A program made the translations under genes and the position numbers. 64,000 bases of DNA from Octopus sinensis. Taxonomy: Eukaryota. The stretch is from positions 3,038,001 through 3,102,000 of the forward strand of contig NC_043014.1 of NCBI RefSeq assembly GCF_006345805.1. The letters are read 5' to 3'. Of the stretch, positions 12,877 to 25,307 are shown piece after piece. Below the pieces are notes generated by a model. The model made no database searches, was not told the DNA's origin, and saw only the letters and a list, made by a program, of their open reading frames with translations. Position 1 is the stretch's first letter, and every line of letters starts with the position of its first letter.

Positions 12877-13006
12877 ACAGACAGAGGGATCAAGACGGCA
12901 GACAGGCGGATCAAGACGACAGACAGGCGGATCAAGACGACAGACAGGCGGATCAAGACGACAGACAGGCGAATCAAGACGACAGACAGGCGAATCAAGA
13001 CAACAG
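12877..13006. repeat. 21-bp minisatellite (GATCAAGACGACAGACAGGCG), about 6 copies, intronic
   Basis: Directly visible tandem copies in the 549-bp intron 12669-13217. Confidence 0.9.
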
Positions 13007-13217
13007 GAAGATGAAAGGCAGGTTATTAGAGATGACAAAATGATTATGGAAAACAACAGAATGACAAAGATTAAGGGAGGCAATAGAAAGATTGAGGAAG
13101 GCAGCAGAAGGACCAAGGAAGGGGACAGTCAGATTAAGCAGGTGGATTAACGAAGACAACAAAAGGGTAAAATTAACACAAACATAGACATACATGCCAA
13201 GGTCGAGAGTAGCTTAC

Positions 13218-13376
13218 GTTCACATGGTTTTCTTCGAGGTAAGATTGAAGGGCTTTCATTAAGTTCCTCTTCTTGACGTTGATGTTACTCTGCACACGTT
13301 GTTGGTGGATGGCAATGAGTTGTTTCTTCTCAAGGATGGTCTCTTGTCCGTATGCCTTGTAAATCTTGTTGTAGCG
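13218..13376 (-). CDS. APP: APP exon: central E2 domain (missed by the ORF track)
   Basis: RYNKIYKAYGQETILEKKQLIAIHQQRVQSNINVKKRNLMKALQSYLEENHVN, 159 nt, phase 0-0. Aligns with APP E2 ERQQLVETHMARVEAMLN. Acceptor CAG 13379-13377, donor GTAAGC at 13217. Confidence 0.95.
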
Positions 13377-14884
13377 CTGAGGGAGGGCGAAAGCAGCAGC
13401 AGCAGCAGCAGCAACAACGCATCAGGGGAGAAATAAAAGACAGAAATCGTTTCAAGTTAAACAGCAACAGAAACCAAGCTCTAAAATATGGCTAAATAAA
13501 ATATTTTTTTCTTTTTTTTTTTTTACTTGTTTCAGTCATCTGACTGCGGCCATGCTGGAGCACCGCCTTTAGTTGAGCAAATCGACCCCGGGACTTATTC
13601 ATTGTAAGCCCAGTACTTATTCTTTCGGTCTCTTTTTGCCGAACCGCTAAGTGACGGGGACGTAAACACACCAGCATCGGTTGTGAAGCAATGCTAGGGA
13701 GACAAACACAGACACACAAACACACATATATATATATACATATATACGACAGGCTTCTTTCAGTTTCCGTCTACCAAATCCACTCACAAGGCATTGGTCG
13801 GCCCGGGACTATAGCAGAAGACACTTGCCCAAGATGCCACGCAGTGGGACTGAACCCGGAACCATGTGGTTCGTAAGCAAGCTACATACCACACAGCCAC
13901 TCCTGCACCTATATATATATATATATATATATACGACAGGCTTCTTTCAGTTTCTGTCTACCAAATCCACTCATAAGGCATTGGTCAGCCCGGGGCTATA
14001 GCAGAAGACACTTGCCCAAGATGCCATGCAGTGGGACTGAACCCGGAACCATGTGGTTGGTTAGCAAGCTACTTACCACACAGCCACTCCTGTATATAAA
14101 ATTTACCAACATGGAGTGAAATTAATAACTTGCCAACAAATTCACCATATTTCTTTCTTTTACTACAATAATATATGTTCCGGTTAAGGTACCCTGTGCC
14201 TTAGACCACTCGGCCATTCTTACCAACACAGACTGAACCCAACCAGCGATCATATTCAAAAACAGACTGACTCAGCTCCCTTTCTCTCACTCTTTCACTT
14301 TTTCTTAAAGTTTTGTGGGCTCATAGGACAAACCCTTGTCGTCAGATATCCAGAGAGGACTCTTTTCTTCTCTCGATATCTGATGACATGGGTTCGTATC
14401 ATGAACCAATGAAATTTTAAACCACATGCAGTTAAAACTGTTATTAAATATGTTGCTGTTTGTTCCTTCTCGAGCCACACCTGGCTCATAAGGGCCGGTT
14501 TCCCAGTTTCATCGGCGTATAAGTTCCCCACCTGGACTGGACACCAGTCCATTGCAGGAGGAAAGAGTGAAAGAAAGTTGTGGTGAAAGAGTGAGTAGAA
14601 GTTCGCCATTGCCTTCTGCCGGAGTGGCGTGGAGTTTAAGTGTTTCGCTCATAAACACACACATCACCCCGGTCTGAGATTCGAACCCACGATCCCTCGA
14701 CTGTGAGTCCGCTGTTCTAACCACTAGGCCATGTATTTTTGCCAGCTGATGGGACTGGAGCAATGTGAAATAAAAAGTGTCTTGCTTAAGGAAACACTCC
14801 TCACTTAATGACCGGAAGCTGAGAAAGCCCTAAGTCCCATGAAGAGCAAAAATAATGAAGGAAAAAAAGTGTGATGGAACCTAC

Positions 14885-14980
14885 CTCTGTGAGTTCCTTG
14901 TTCAGTTGCATAGCCTGTTTGGGGTCAGTTTTCTTCATTTCACGGACACGTTCACGGGCATTCTTCCATTCTTTCATCAT
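14885..14980 (-). CDS. APP: APP exon: E2 domain helix
   Basis: MMKEWKNARERVREMKKTDPKQAMQLNKELTE (compare APP VMREWEEAERQ), 96 nt, phase 0-0. Poly-U tract then CAG at 14983-14981; donor GTAGGT at 14884. Confidence 0.95.
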
Positions 14981-15639
14981 CTGGAATGAAAAAAAAAAAA
15001 GTTGATGTAGAGAGAAAGGAAGAGTGAGAGTGAGAAAGAGAGAAAGAGTGAGAGAGAGTGAGAAAGGAAAAGAGTGAGAGAGAGAAAAAGAGAGATAGAG
15101 AAAGAGTGGGAGAGAGAAAGAGAAAGAGTGGGAGAGAGAAAGAGAGAGAGAAGGTTCAACTGATCGAAGGCTGACCATTTGAAATGTCTCTGCTCTCTGG
15201 TCACAATGCATTTTGCACCAATTTGGGTGGTGCTTTTTACATGCCACCGGCACGGGGATCACAACTACAATTTCCATTTGAATGTGATAAAAGACTAAAT
15301 TTCAGAGACTCCAGAAGTCATATCTACAGCTGTATAAAATAATCTTTTCTGGCAAGAATGAGACAACTCTGGGTATGTTTCAGCCTTATTCTGACATCAA
15401 CAGCCAAGCCCAGCCTTCGTTGTAACTTCCTAAACTGTTGAAAGAATCCTAGAATAAGATGTAGAGAAAAAAGACAGACAAGCAGACAGACAGACCAAGA
15501 GATGGCTAAGTCATCATCATCGCCATCATTTAATGCTTGCCTTCCATGGAGGTCATGGGTGGGTTGGTTGGAGCCAGGCAGGTAGGGGCCTGCACTAGAC
15601 ATGTATATTAGAGGAAGGTTTGTTGGAAGCCATACATAC

Positions 15640-15842
15640 CTTGGTGTTCCTCTCCACCTCCACCTGTTGCATCACTTTTTCAGCAGCCTTGAATTTCTCG
15701 TGTTCGTTACTGTATTTGCCCAGATACTGGGAGTCACCCTTCAGATAGGCAGTGTAGTCATTTAGGGAGCTCTCAGGTTTCTTGATGCTGGCAGGGGTTG
15801 AAGGAGTGGTTTCAACATCTTCTTCCATATCGGAACTATGTT
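15640..15842 (-). CDS. APP: APP exon: short acidic/Thr-Pro linker and start of E2
   Basis: (E)HSSDMEEDVETTPSTPASIKKPESSLNDYTAYLKGDSQYLGKYSNEHEKFKAAEKVMQQVEVERNTK; NEHEKF matches APP NEHAHF. Acceptor tttcccttcag 15845-15843 (phase 1); donor GTATGT at 15639 (phase 0). Confidence 0.94.
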
Positions 15843-18290
15843 CTGAAGGGAAAAAAAAAAGGAGAAAACATTATTAAATATTATTATTATTATTATTAAT
15901 TAATGAATTAATTAATAGTAGTAGAAAAAAAATGGAGCAAGGTGATGAACTTTCAATGGTTAGCACACTGGTTGAAATGCTCGGTGACATTTTGTGTCTT
16001 TACACCCAAGTTGAAATTCCACCAAGGTCAACTTAGCCTCTCCTCCTTACAAGGTCGATAAAATAAGTACCAGTTGAATACTGGGGTACAGAGATTCTTA
16101 GCAAGAGAGAGATTATCATCATCACTTAACCCTTTAGCATTCAGATTGCTTTGTCAAATGTTCATCCAGCCATAGAAACCATGCCTAATCAGATTAGAAC
16201 CTGGTGCAGCTCTCCAACTTAACAGCTTTCGGTAAAACCATCCAACCCATGCCAACATGGAAAGCAGATGCTGAATGTGGATGATACATGTATAAATGAT
16301 ACATATATACATACATACACATATATGCTTATATGCATGCATATGTGTGTGTGTGTTTGTGTGTATATATATATATATATATATGAAAGGCGGCGAACTG
16401 GCAGACACGTTAGCATGCCGGGCGAAATGCTTATCGGTATTTCGTCTGTCGTTACGTTCCGAGTTCAAATTCTGCCGAGGTCGACTTTGCCTTTCATCCT
16501 TTCAGGGTCAATAAATTAAGTACCAGTTAGGCACTGGGGTCGATGTAATCGACTTAATCCCTTTGTCTGTCCTTGTTTGTCCCCTCTATGTTTAGCCCCT
16601 TGTGGGCAATAAAGAAATATATATTCTCTCTCTTTTATTCTCTTTTACTTGTTTCAGTCATTTGACTGCGGCCATGCTGGAGCACCGCCTTTATATATTC
16701 ATCATCATCATCATCGTTTAACGTCCGTTCTCCATGCTAGCATGGGTTGGACGGTTCAACCGGGGATCTGGGAAGCCAGAAGGCTGCACCAGGCTCCAGT
16801 CTGATCTGGCAATGTTTCTACAGCTGGATGCCCTATAATATTCATATATATATATATATATATATATGATGGGCTTCTTCCAGTTTATATATACCAAATC
16901 CATTCTCACAGGGCCTCGGTGGGCCCAAGGTAGTAGCAGAAGACACTTGCCCCAAAGTACCCCGGAGTGGGACTGAACCCAAAACCATGCGGTCGGGAAG
17001 CAAACTTCTTAACCACACAGCCATACCTCCTCCTATGAATAGGCAACATCTTGTACTGCAACACCCACCACCACCACAACAACAACAACAACCACTACCA
17101 ACAACAACAATTTTAGTTGGTGAGATGATTTAAGCAGTGTTAAATTTTTTTTTAAATAAAGGGTTTTTTTCTGTTAAAGTTAATTAAAGAATCGTCATCG
17201 TAATAGTTAGTTACTATTAACATTAATCATTATAATTGCTATCATCGTCATCGTTGTCGTCCTTATTAAAACTGTCATCACCAACCTCCCCATCACCACT
17301 ACCACCATCCATTATAAATATCATCATAATGATCATCATTTTCAGCATCAACACTTCAATCATCATCATCATCATTCAACGTTATCTTAATTTTTTGCAG
17401 CAAATATTATCAAGTGTGAGAGAGAGAGAGAGAGAGAGAGTGAGTGAGAGAAAGGGGAGAAAGAGAGAGAAAGGAGAGAGAGAGAAAGGAGACAGAGAGA
17501 GGAGACAGAGAGAAAGGAGAGAGAAAAAAGAGAGAGAGAGAGAAAGGGGAGAGAGAGAGAAAGGAGAGAGAGAGAGAAAGGGGAGAGAGAGAGAAAGGAG
17601 AGAGAAAAAGGGGAGAGAGAGAAAGGAGAGAGAGAGAGAGAAAGGGGAGAGAGAAAAAGGAGAGAGAGAGAGAGAAAGGAGAGAGAGAGAGAAAGGAGAG
17701 AGAGAGAAAGGAGAGAGAGAGAAAGGAGGGAGAGAGAAAGGAGGGAGAGAGAAAGGAGAGAGAGAGATGAAAGGAAAAAAAATGAAGTGATGCTGGCATC
17801 ATGACCCAATCAACCTCACCATCACTGCACCATCATCATCATCACCACCACTACACTCGCTCACCCCTGCTCCCCCCCCTTCCCGCCAATCAGCCAGAGA
17901 CTGACAATGATATCTCCTCACCTGCTGAGCACTTAAATCCAGTAGCAGAGGATTAGCTTAATCCACAGCAGAAGAGAAGTGATTAATCCATCCTAGGGAT
18001 AATTAACTAAACAATAACACCACAACCATCATCAACATTGATCAGCGCAACATCCGACAGAACCTCTCGACACAACCTCTCGACCGGCTAGAAATAGCAA
18101 CCAAACTCCCTCAAGTCACACATAAAATTTACCATCGTGAGACAAAAAAAAAAAAAGGACACATTAGATTAAGTAGATTGAGATATGAAAAAAAAAGATG
18201 GGATGGTCACAGATGGAATGCTTTTGATGATAGGTTCTTTTGATCAGGTTCATCTGTGGTTTTTAACAGCATCAACAAGTAGCCATCTGT

Positions 18291-19026
18291 TTAACCCTTC
18301 TGTTACCATATTTGTTGAGATGTTCTGTGTTTCTTTGAATTAATTTTAAAAACAAAGAATTTAGTAAAATAACTTAGTAATCATTCAGCTAGTGTTAGGA
18401 ACACAAATTGTGACTAAGGTTTGGTGGAAGATTTTAATTCAAAACTTATGGAAGCAAGACATTTGTACTATAAAACCAGTGGTGGTTTCAGCCAGGTTGC
18501 TGTCAAGAGGGTTAAGAATTGTTTCTCTATTATATATATTTTAACCCTTTTGTTATTGTATTTCTGTTGAGATGCTCTGTGTTTCTTTCAATTGATTTTA
18601 AATATAAGAAAGAATTTAGTAAAATAACTTAGTAATCATTCAGCTAGTGTTAGGAACATAAATTGTGACTAAGGTTTGGTTATAAGATTTTAATTCAAAA
18701 CTTATGAAAACAAGACATTTGTACTACAAAGCCAGTGTGGTGGTTTCAGCCGGGTTGATAACGAAAGGGTTAAGAATTGTTTCTCTCTTATATATTTTAA
18801 CCCTTTTGTTACCATATTTCTGTTGAGATGCTCTGTGTTTCTTTCAATTACTTTTAGATATAACAAAGAATTTAGTAAAATAACTTGGTTATCATTAAGC
18901 TAGTGTTAGGAACATAAATTGTGATTAAGGTTTGGTGGAAGATTTTGATTAAAAACTTATGAAAACAAGACATTTATACTACAGAGCCAGAGCCGGTTTC
19001 AGCCAGGTTGGTAACGAAAAAGTTAA
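18291..19026. mobile_element. Three tandem piggyBac-type MITEs (about 225-235 bp each)
   Basis: Units 18291-18515, 18541-18773 and 18797-19026, bounded by TTAA-CCC(T)...(A)GGG-TTAA (third unit right end degenerate) and separated by about 24-bp spacers. Confidence 0.8.
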
Positions 19027-20497
19027 TATAAGCACATGGATGTTTAAGAAAGGAGCAGAAGCTAGAGGTGTATCAAGGTAGATGGAAACAGAAAGAAGCC
19101 TCTATTGTGTGTGTATGTATGTTTATATGCTTGTATGTCTGTCTCGGCGTCATGTGATGGCTATAAACAATCGTTACCATCATACAGGCAGTACCTGTTC
19201 CAATCTTCCATGGTAAACATGTCCAACCATGGAAAAGCATCACCTTGCCTGGAAAGAGATGAGGGTTGCTGAAAAGGACATCAGGCCTTAGATAAGGTCA
19301 CAAGGGAGGACGTCTGCCTCATGCAAACATGAAAAAGTGCATGCTAAAATAACAAGAGACTATACATACATAGATCTGGTTTCAGTTCATGTGGCACGAT
19401 TACAATTTTTTTAGGGTGTGTAAAGAGGGAAATAACCCTCATCTGCAATTTTGATGAAATTCGAAACAGAGATATTCCAGTTCATTACAGAAAATATAAC
19501 AGAAAAGTCTAATTCTTCAATTGCATGTAACACGGGCAACGCTGGGTATTTCTGCTAGTATATGTATATATGTCGCCAGACCTCAGTCAAATTGTCCAAC
19601 CCATGCTAACGACCGCTTTCCATGCTAGACGATTTGACTGAGGTCTGGCGAACCAGATGGCTGCACCAGGCTCCAATGTGATCTGGCAGAGTTTCTACAG
19701 CTGGATGCCCTAGAAACTTTTTTCAAGCTAAACGTTTTTAGTACCCACTCACCTGGTTTTCACACCTCAAAACTGTTGAGACAAAAATGTGACATCACTG
19801 TCAATGAATTGGTCTCAGGTAAAGACATGCAAAAATGCTCATGCACAGACACACAAACGTGATGGGCCTCTGTCCACCCACCAGTTTCAACCAAGGTACT
19901 GGCTAAGACGAGTTTATAGTAAAAGACATTTGCTGAAAGTTGCCACATACTGGGCTGGAACCTGTAGCCATGTGGTTACAGAATTTTCTCACTACACAAC
20001 CCTACCTGTACCTTTTCAACACACACACACACACACACACACAAAGAACTGAAGAAGGACTCAGAATAATGCAAGAGTGCCTAGAGTTATGTCCTCCTGA
20101 TGGTGATGGATTTTAGCCATAACATCACACCTACCACTACACCATCACATCTATCGAGTATTTGTTTGGTTTAAAGAGTTCATGTGTGAAAAGTTCAGAC
20201 ATCTGTATAATGAGATTAGATAATTAACCTAGATAATTAACCAGTAATTAACAGATTGTGTGTTGGACTGACGCCATCATCATATTGATGATTCAACTCT
20301 GGAAAATCCTACGGCAATACTGCCACAGCAACCCCTACTCTTATGCAACAGTGAACCTTACTGCCGTATAGCGGCAACGAACCCTACTGCTGTACCTGTA
20401 CAGTGAACCCTGTTGTTATACTGCTGCAATGGGCAATGACCCCTACAGTTACACAATGGCACCGGTTCACTCCGCTTGTATAATAATGATAATAATA

Positions 20498-21470
20498 ATA
20501 ATAATGGGCTACAGCAAATATTCTGCTCAATACCACAGATTTGCTTGCCAGTTGTTTGACTTTAACCAGTTGAGCATGTCCCTTAGTGGCTAACGATATG
20601 TGCATCTCTGATCACGAGCAGAAGTAGTGGGGGAGCATCATAGCCATGTGTTGAGAGGGATTCTTTGGGGTTTGAATAATTCACCTTTGGAAACATGGGT
20701 GTTCTTTTAACATCCTTAAACAACCCTTATTCAGGGACCTTTCAAGTGGGATGGGTTACTCGACCTGAAGAAAATTCTAACTGGGCCCCACCTGCAAGGT
20801 CATGTGCTGTTTATCTTGATATGAGATCACCATGTCGCGCACATATGGTTGTGATGCATGTGCCTGGTGTACCCTTATCAGACGGGTAGTCATGATGGGT
20901 ATATTGGGCTTCGTATATTTTACCCCAGTGTCACTTTGATGGCATGCACTGCTCTCTCACTCAATAATAATAATAATAATAATAATGATAAATGCCCTGA
21001 TGTAGTACCAGGCAGTGGCTCTCATGGCTTCTGATCTTAACTGATTGGAAGTGTTATCATGTACATTGTTTCGTATTGGTAGAAAAGACGTGTTACAGCA
21101 AATATTCTGCTCAATACCACAGATTTGGTTGTCGGTTGTTTGACCGTAACCAGTTGAGCATGTCCCTTAGTGGCTGACGATATAAGCATCTCTGATCATG
21201 ATGGGTAAACTGGGCTTCGTATATTTTACCCCAGCGTCACTTTGATGGCATGCACTGCTTTCTCACTCAATAATAATAATAATAATCATAATATGTAGTA
21301 CCAGGCAGTGGCTCTTGTGGCTTCTGATCTTAACTGATTGGAAGTGTTATCATGTACATTGTTTTGTCTTGGTATAAAAGATGGGCTACAGCAAATATTC
21401 TGCTCAACACCACAGATTTGCTTGTCAGCTGTTTGACCTTAACCATTTGAGCATGTCCCTTAGTGGTTGA
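20498..21470. repeat. Tandem, partly deleted copies of a ~560-bp interspersed repeat separated by (AAT)n
   Basis: GCTACAGCAAATATTCTGCTCAATACCACAGATTTG-like sequence recurs at about 20505, 21093 and 21385; GTACCAGGCAGTGGCTC recurs at about 21004 and 21298. Confidence 0.8.
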
Positions 21471-22229
21471 CGATTACTTCCATGACAACATCAATGACAC
21501 TGATAGCACAAGAAGAAAACAAGCACTCAGTACCGTGCTGTGAAGTGGTTGGTGCCAGGAAGAGAGCATCCAACCTTGGAAACCATAGCAAAGAATCAGT
21601 GGAGCCAGAGGCAGTCCTTGGGCTCATCAGATCCTGTCAAATGTCCCAACTCAGGTCAGTGTGGAACACAGATGTTAGATGAAGATGGTGACAACAACAG
21701 AAGCCCTGCTATTCCACCTCATCTAATTTGTACATAAAAAGCACCCACTACACTCTCGGAGTGGTTGGCATTAGGAAGGGCATCCAGCTGTAGAAACATT
21801 GCTAGATCAAGATTGGAGCGTGGTGCAACCGCTGGCTCTCCAGACCTCAGTCAAACCATCCAACCCATGCCAGCATAGAAAACGGACGTTAAACGATGAT
21901 GATGTTAAGCTGTGTTGCTTTTTATCTCCATAAGATGATAATTCACTTGCTCACTCACCTAGCTTGCTTCAGTCATTGGACTATGGCCATGTGGGAGCAC
22001 TACCTCAAAAGGTTTCAGTGGAACAAATCAACTGCAGCATTGTTTCTTTAAACACAGGTATTTATTCTATTGGCCTCTTTTACAGAAGTGATCCCACGAT
22101 AAGGGAATAAACAAACCAACACCAGTTGCCAAGCAATGATGGGTGGTTTATAAAAGCACTTACACACACAGACATGTGCATGTGTGTGTGTGTATGTAAA
22201 AAAAAAAAATATATATATATATATATGTA

Positions 22230-23472
22230 CATGATGAGTAAGGTATTTGAGGACATACCCTTTTTGGGGTCATTGCTGCATTTTTTTGCTAACTCTGTAT
22301 AATCTTTGTTTCAGAAAATAATAATGGCAGACCCTCAGCTTACTCAAGAAATGAAGAGGCATGCTGTTATTGTGGTTATAAAGGCTGAGCATAGCGATTT
22401 AGAAATATCTCGATTTTTAAAAGCTGCCAGATCTTTCGTCTACAAAGTTTGTACAGAGACTGAAGATGGAAATGTATCACCAATATCAAAGCATAAAAAA
22501 ACATTCTAAACGCTCTGAAATCATCAGAATACCTGTATTTATCCAGCAAGTTCAACAGACCATTGATTACAATCCCAGAAAGTCCATAAGGTTAATTGCA
22601 AAAAATCTTCCTGTGTCAGAAGGAACAGTCAGAAATGTTGTCCACGAAGACATCAGATATAAGCCTTATATGATGAGGATAGGTCAATTTGTTAGAAAAA
22701 GAAAATCACTACATCAGATCTAAGAAGTTCTTAAACAAACTGAAAAATCCAGCAGAAGAAGATTTGATTTGGTTTTTCTCAAATGAGAAAAACTTTGACC
22801 AAGATCAAAAGATTAACAGAAGAAATGACAGATGGTTATGTGCAGACCTTTCTGAAGTTCCAAGTGTTATGTATACAAAATTTCCTGAAACTGTCATGGT
22901 TTTAGGGGTTGTCAGCAATGAAGGACATGTGATGCCTCCCTACTTCTTTCCACAAGGCCTTAGAGTTAACTCTGCCGCCTACATTGAGGTCCTGGAAACA
23001 ACAGTTAAATTCTGGACAGAGTGTATGCAATGGAAGGCCATATGTGTTTCAGTAAGACTCTGCACTATCACACATGGTTTTAGTAACACAGAAATGGATG
23101 GCTGAAAATTTTCATGATCACATAACCCCTAACATTTGGCCTCCTAATTCCCCAGATCTCAATCCATTGGACTATTACATGTGGAGCGTTGTTGAGAGAG
23201 GGGTCAATGAACACTCCCATAACACCAAAGATTCTTTGAAAGCTGCCATAGTCAGAGTAATGTCCAAAATGAACCAGGACCACTCGATCCGAGCATGTAG
23301 GTGATTTAGATCTCATATAGAAGCAGTTGTTGAAGCTGAAGGTGGCTTTATTCAATAACATTATAGAAAAGAAGGTCTATTTTCAACCCCACAGCAGCAT
23401 TTTTTTTATCAAATAAAGTTATTATCTGTTATCATAAACATAAATCTGCCATCAAATACCTTACACACCGTG
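22230..23472 (+). mobile_element. Decayed Tc1/mariner DNA transposon, DD37D (maT/mori) type
   Basis: About 21-bp imperfect TIRs (core GTAAGGTATTTGA) with TA on the left. Frameshifted transposase fragments: MADPQLTQEMKRHAVIV..., WFFSNEKNF, VMVLGVVSNEG, Q*DSALSH...WPPNSPDLNPLDYY. 37 residues lie between the second and third catalytic Asp. Confidence 0.9.
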
Positions 23473-23882
23473 TGTGTGTGTGTAAGCACACACACTCATA
23501 TATATGTGCATATAAATGTGTGTGTGTGTATGTGTGTATGTATATATATATATATACACATACATACACAAACACACATACACTTACATGCACAGGCATG
23601 ACGGCATGCACAAATGCAGTCATGGCTGTGGTCACACAGTAGGAATGAACCCAAAACCTTGTGGCTGAAAAGGAAGCTTCTTAACCACACATCCATGTCT
23701 GCAACCATTTTAACATTTCTTAGAAGGAAAAGAAAGAAAGAAAGAAAGAAGCCAGGAAATCAAAGAAGGAAAACAAAGAGAACAGCCACTACAACAACAA
23801 CAACAACTACTACTACTGATACTACTACTACTACTACTACTACTACAACAACAAATATACCACATCTACTAGGACTACCAAC

Positions 23883-24098
23883 CTTTAGGACAGCAAACAA
23901 ACTCCACACCACTGAAATGTCCGGGTTCTTTGCATGGCCAAAGCATGGCGAAACTTTGTGTGGTCATCTGACGGAGGGCACACTTGCTCATGGCGGTCTT
24001 GTTGCATTCGTCAAACTCGTTGCAGACACGAGAATCATGGTAGTGGTCAAAGATGCAGTGTTCTGGCACCAGCAAGGCATCACTTTGGAATGGTCCGA
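23883..24098 (-). CDS. APP: APP exon: copper-binding-like domain (CuBD, E1 C-terminal half)
   Basis: (V)GPFQSDALLVPEHCIFDHYHDSRVCNEFDECNKTAMSKCALRQMTTQSFAMLWPCKEPGHFSGVEFVCCPK, with the hallmarks SDALLVP and GVEFVCCP. 216 nt, phase 1-1; acceptor CAG 24101-24099; donor GTTGGT at 23882. Confidence 0.97.
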
Positions 24099-25138
24099 CT
24101 GGAGAGGAGAAACAAGTCAACATGTTGCAAATTACTTAAATGATGACGATGACGGCGATGATGATAGTTCTGGTGGTGGTGGTGGTGATAGTGGGCATGG
24201 GTGTGGCCATACACCTGTTGTTGTTTTTTTTTTTTGTGCCCCAGCATGGCCGTGGCCTTCGGGCTAAAACATTTTTAAGGATTTATATGCCGCAAGAAGT
24301 GCTACTAAGCATATTCTTCAGTATGCTAATGATCCTGCTAGCTCATTTCCTTGATGATGATAATAATAATACCAGTTATATACTGGTGTTAGCATAACTG
24401 ACTGTTCCCTTTAGCCAAAATTCAACACCTGTGTCCATGTTAGAAAGCGTTAATGCAGCAGAGAAATAGCAAGGGAGACAGTTTTTGTTGTTCCCTTTTA
24501 ACATAATTGCATGGTCTGGAGGAAGGAAGGGCTTTTTATGACCCCCTGCAGACCCTCCAAGACCAGTGACATTGATGGCGTTAACATTATGCTTGAAATG
24601 CCACAGTAAGCTGATGTCTGCAGGAGAAAGCAAGCACAGGCAGGGAATTCCTGAGAATTAACCATTCTGGGTGAGAAAGGATGAGCTGCCATGGTTAGTA
24701 TGGGGCCTTAGGGTTTTTAGGTGGGTGGATGGGTGGGTGGTTGAGTGAGGGTTATACTCAATAGGAGTGATGAAATGAGGTGAGACAACCATCAAAAGGT
24801 CCTAGGTCCTGTTCTTTTTGTTGATGTGGTGGTCTGTGCACCTCAACGACCCTGAGAGGCAAGCCAGCAGGGTACATGCTTCTGATCAGGCCTTACATGC
24901 TGGAAAAGCCAGACTAATATGGATCACCTCTTCTTAGAGGTAAAAGTGGGGTTTGCACAGGGCCAGCAGCCTTACTTAATGTAAAAAAAAAAAAAAAAAA
25001 AAAAAAAGGGCTAAGTTACCGAAGCATTGATGACATTTCAAAATCTAACAAGACCTGGGAGCAAGGCAAGGCGGTGGGTGGGTGGGGAGATGAACATTGC
25101 GAAGAGAGCAGAGGAAGCAAGCGCAAAGAAGTACTTAC

Positions 25139-25269
25139 CTAAACAACGGAATGGTCTGACTGTGTGGTTGCCGTGTTTGTGGCAGTGAGTGGCATTAAAA
25201 CGGCACCAGTTTGGAATGGTCACTTTGTAGCTTGCTTGCAGGACGTTGGTCACTTCATGGTCCGGGTAT

Positions 25270-25271
<2 letters not shown>
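25139..25271 (-). CDS. APP: APP exon: growth-factor-like domain (E1), second part
   Basis: LYPDHEVTNVLQASYKVTIPNWCRFNATHCHKHGNHTVRPFRCL (compare APP [23 protein letters not shown]...PYRCL). (CT)n tract then CAG 25274-25272; donor GTAAGT 25138-25133; 133 nt. Confidence 0.97.

Positions 25272-25307
<36 letters not shown>

Noticed and set aside
17922-17992. Cryptic 71-nt minus-strand exon (TAG acceptor, CAG|GTGAGG donor) that would add a premature stop
   Set aside because: Weak pyrimidine tract with an upstream competing AG; no evidence of use.
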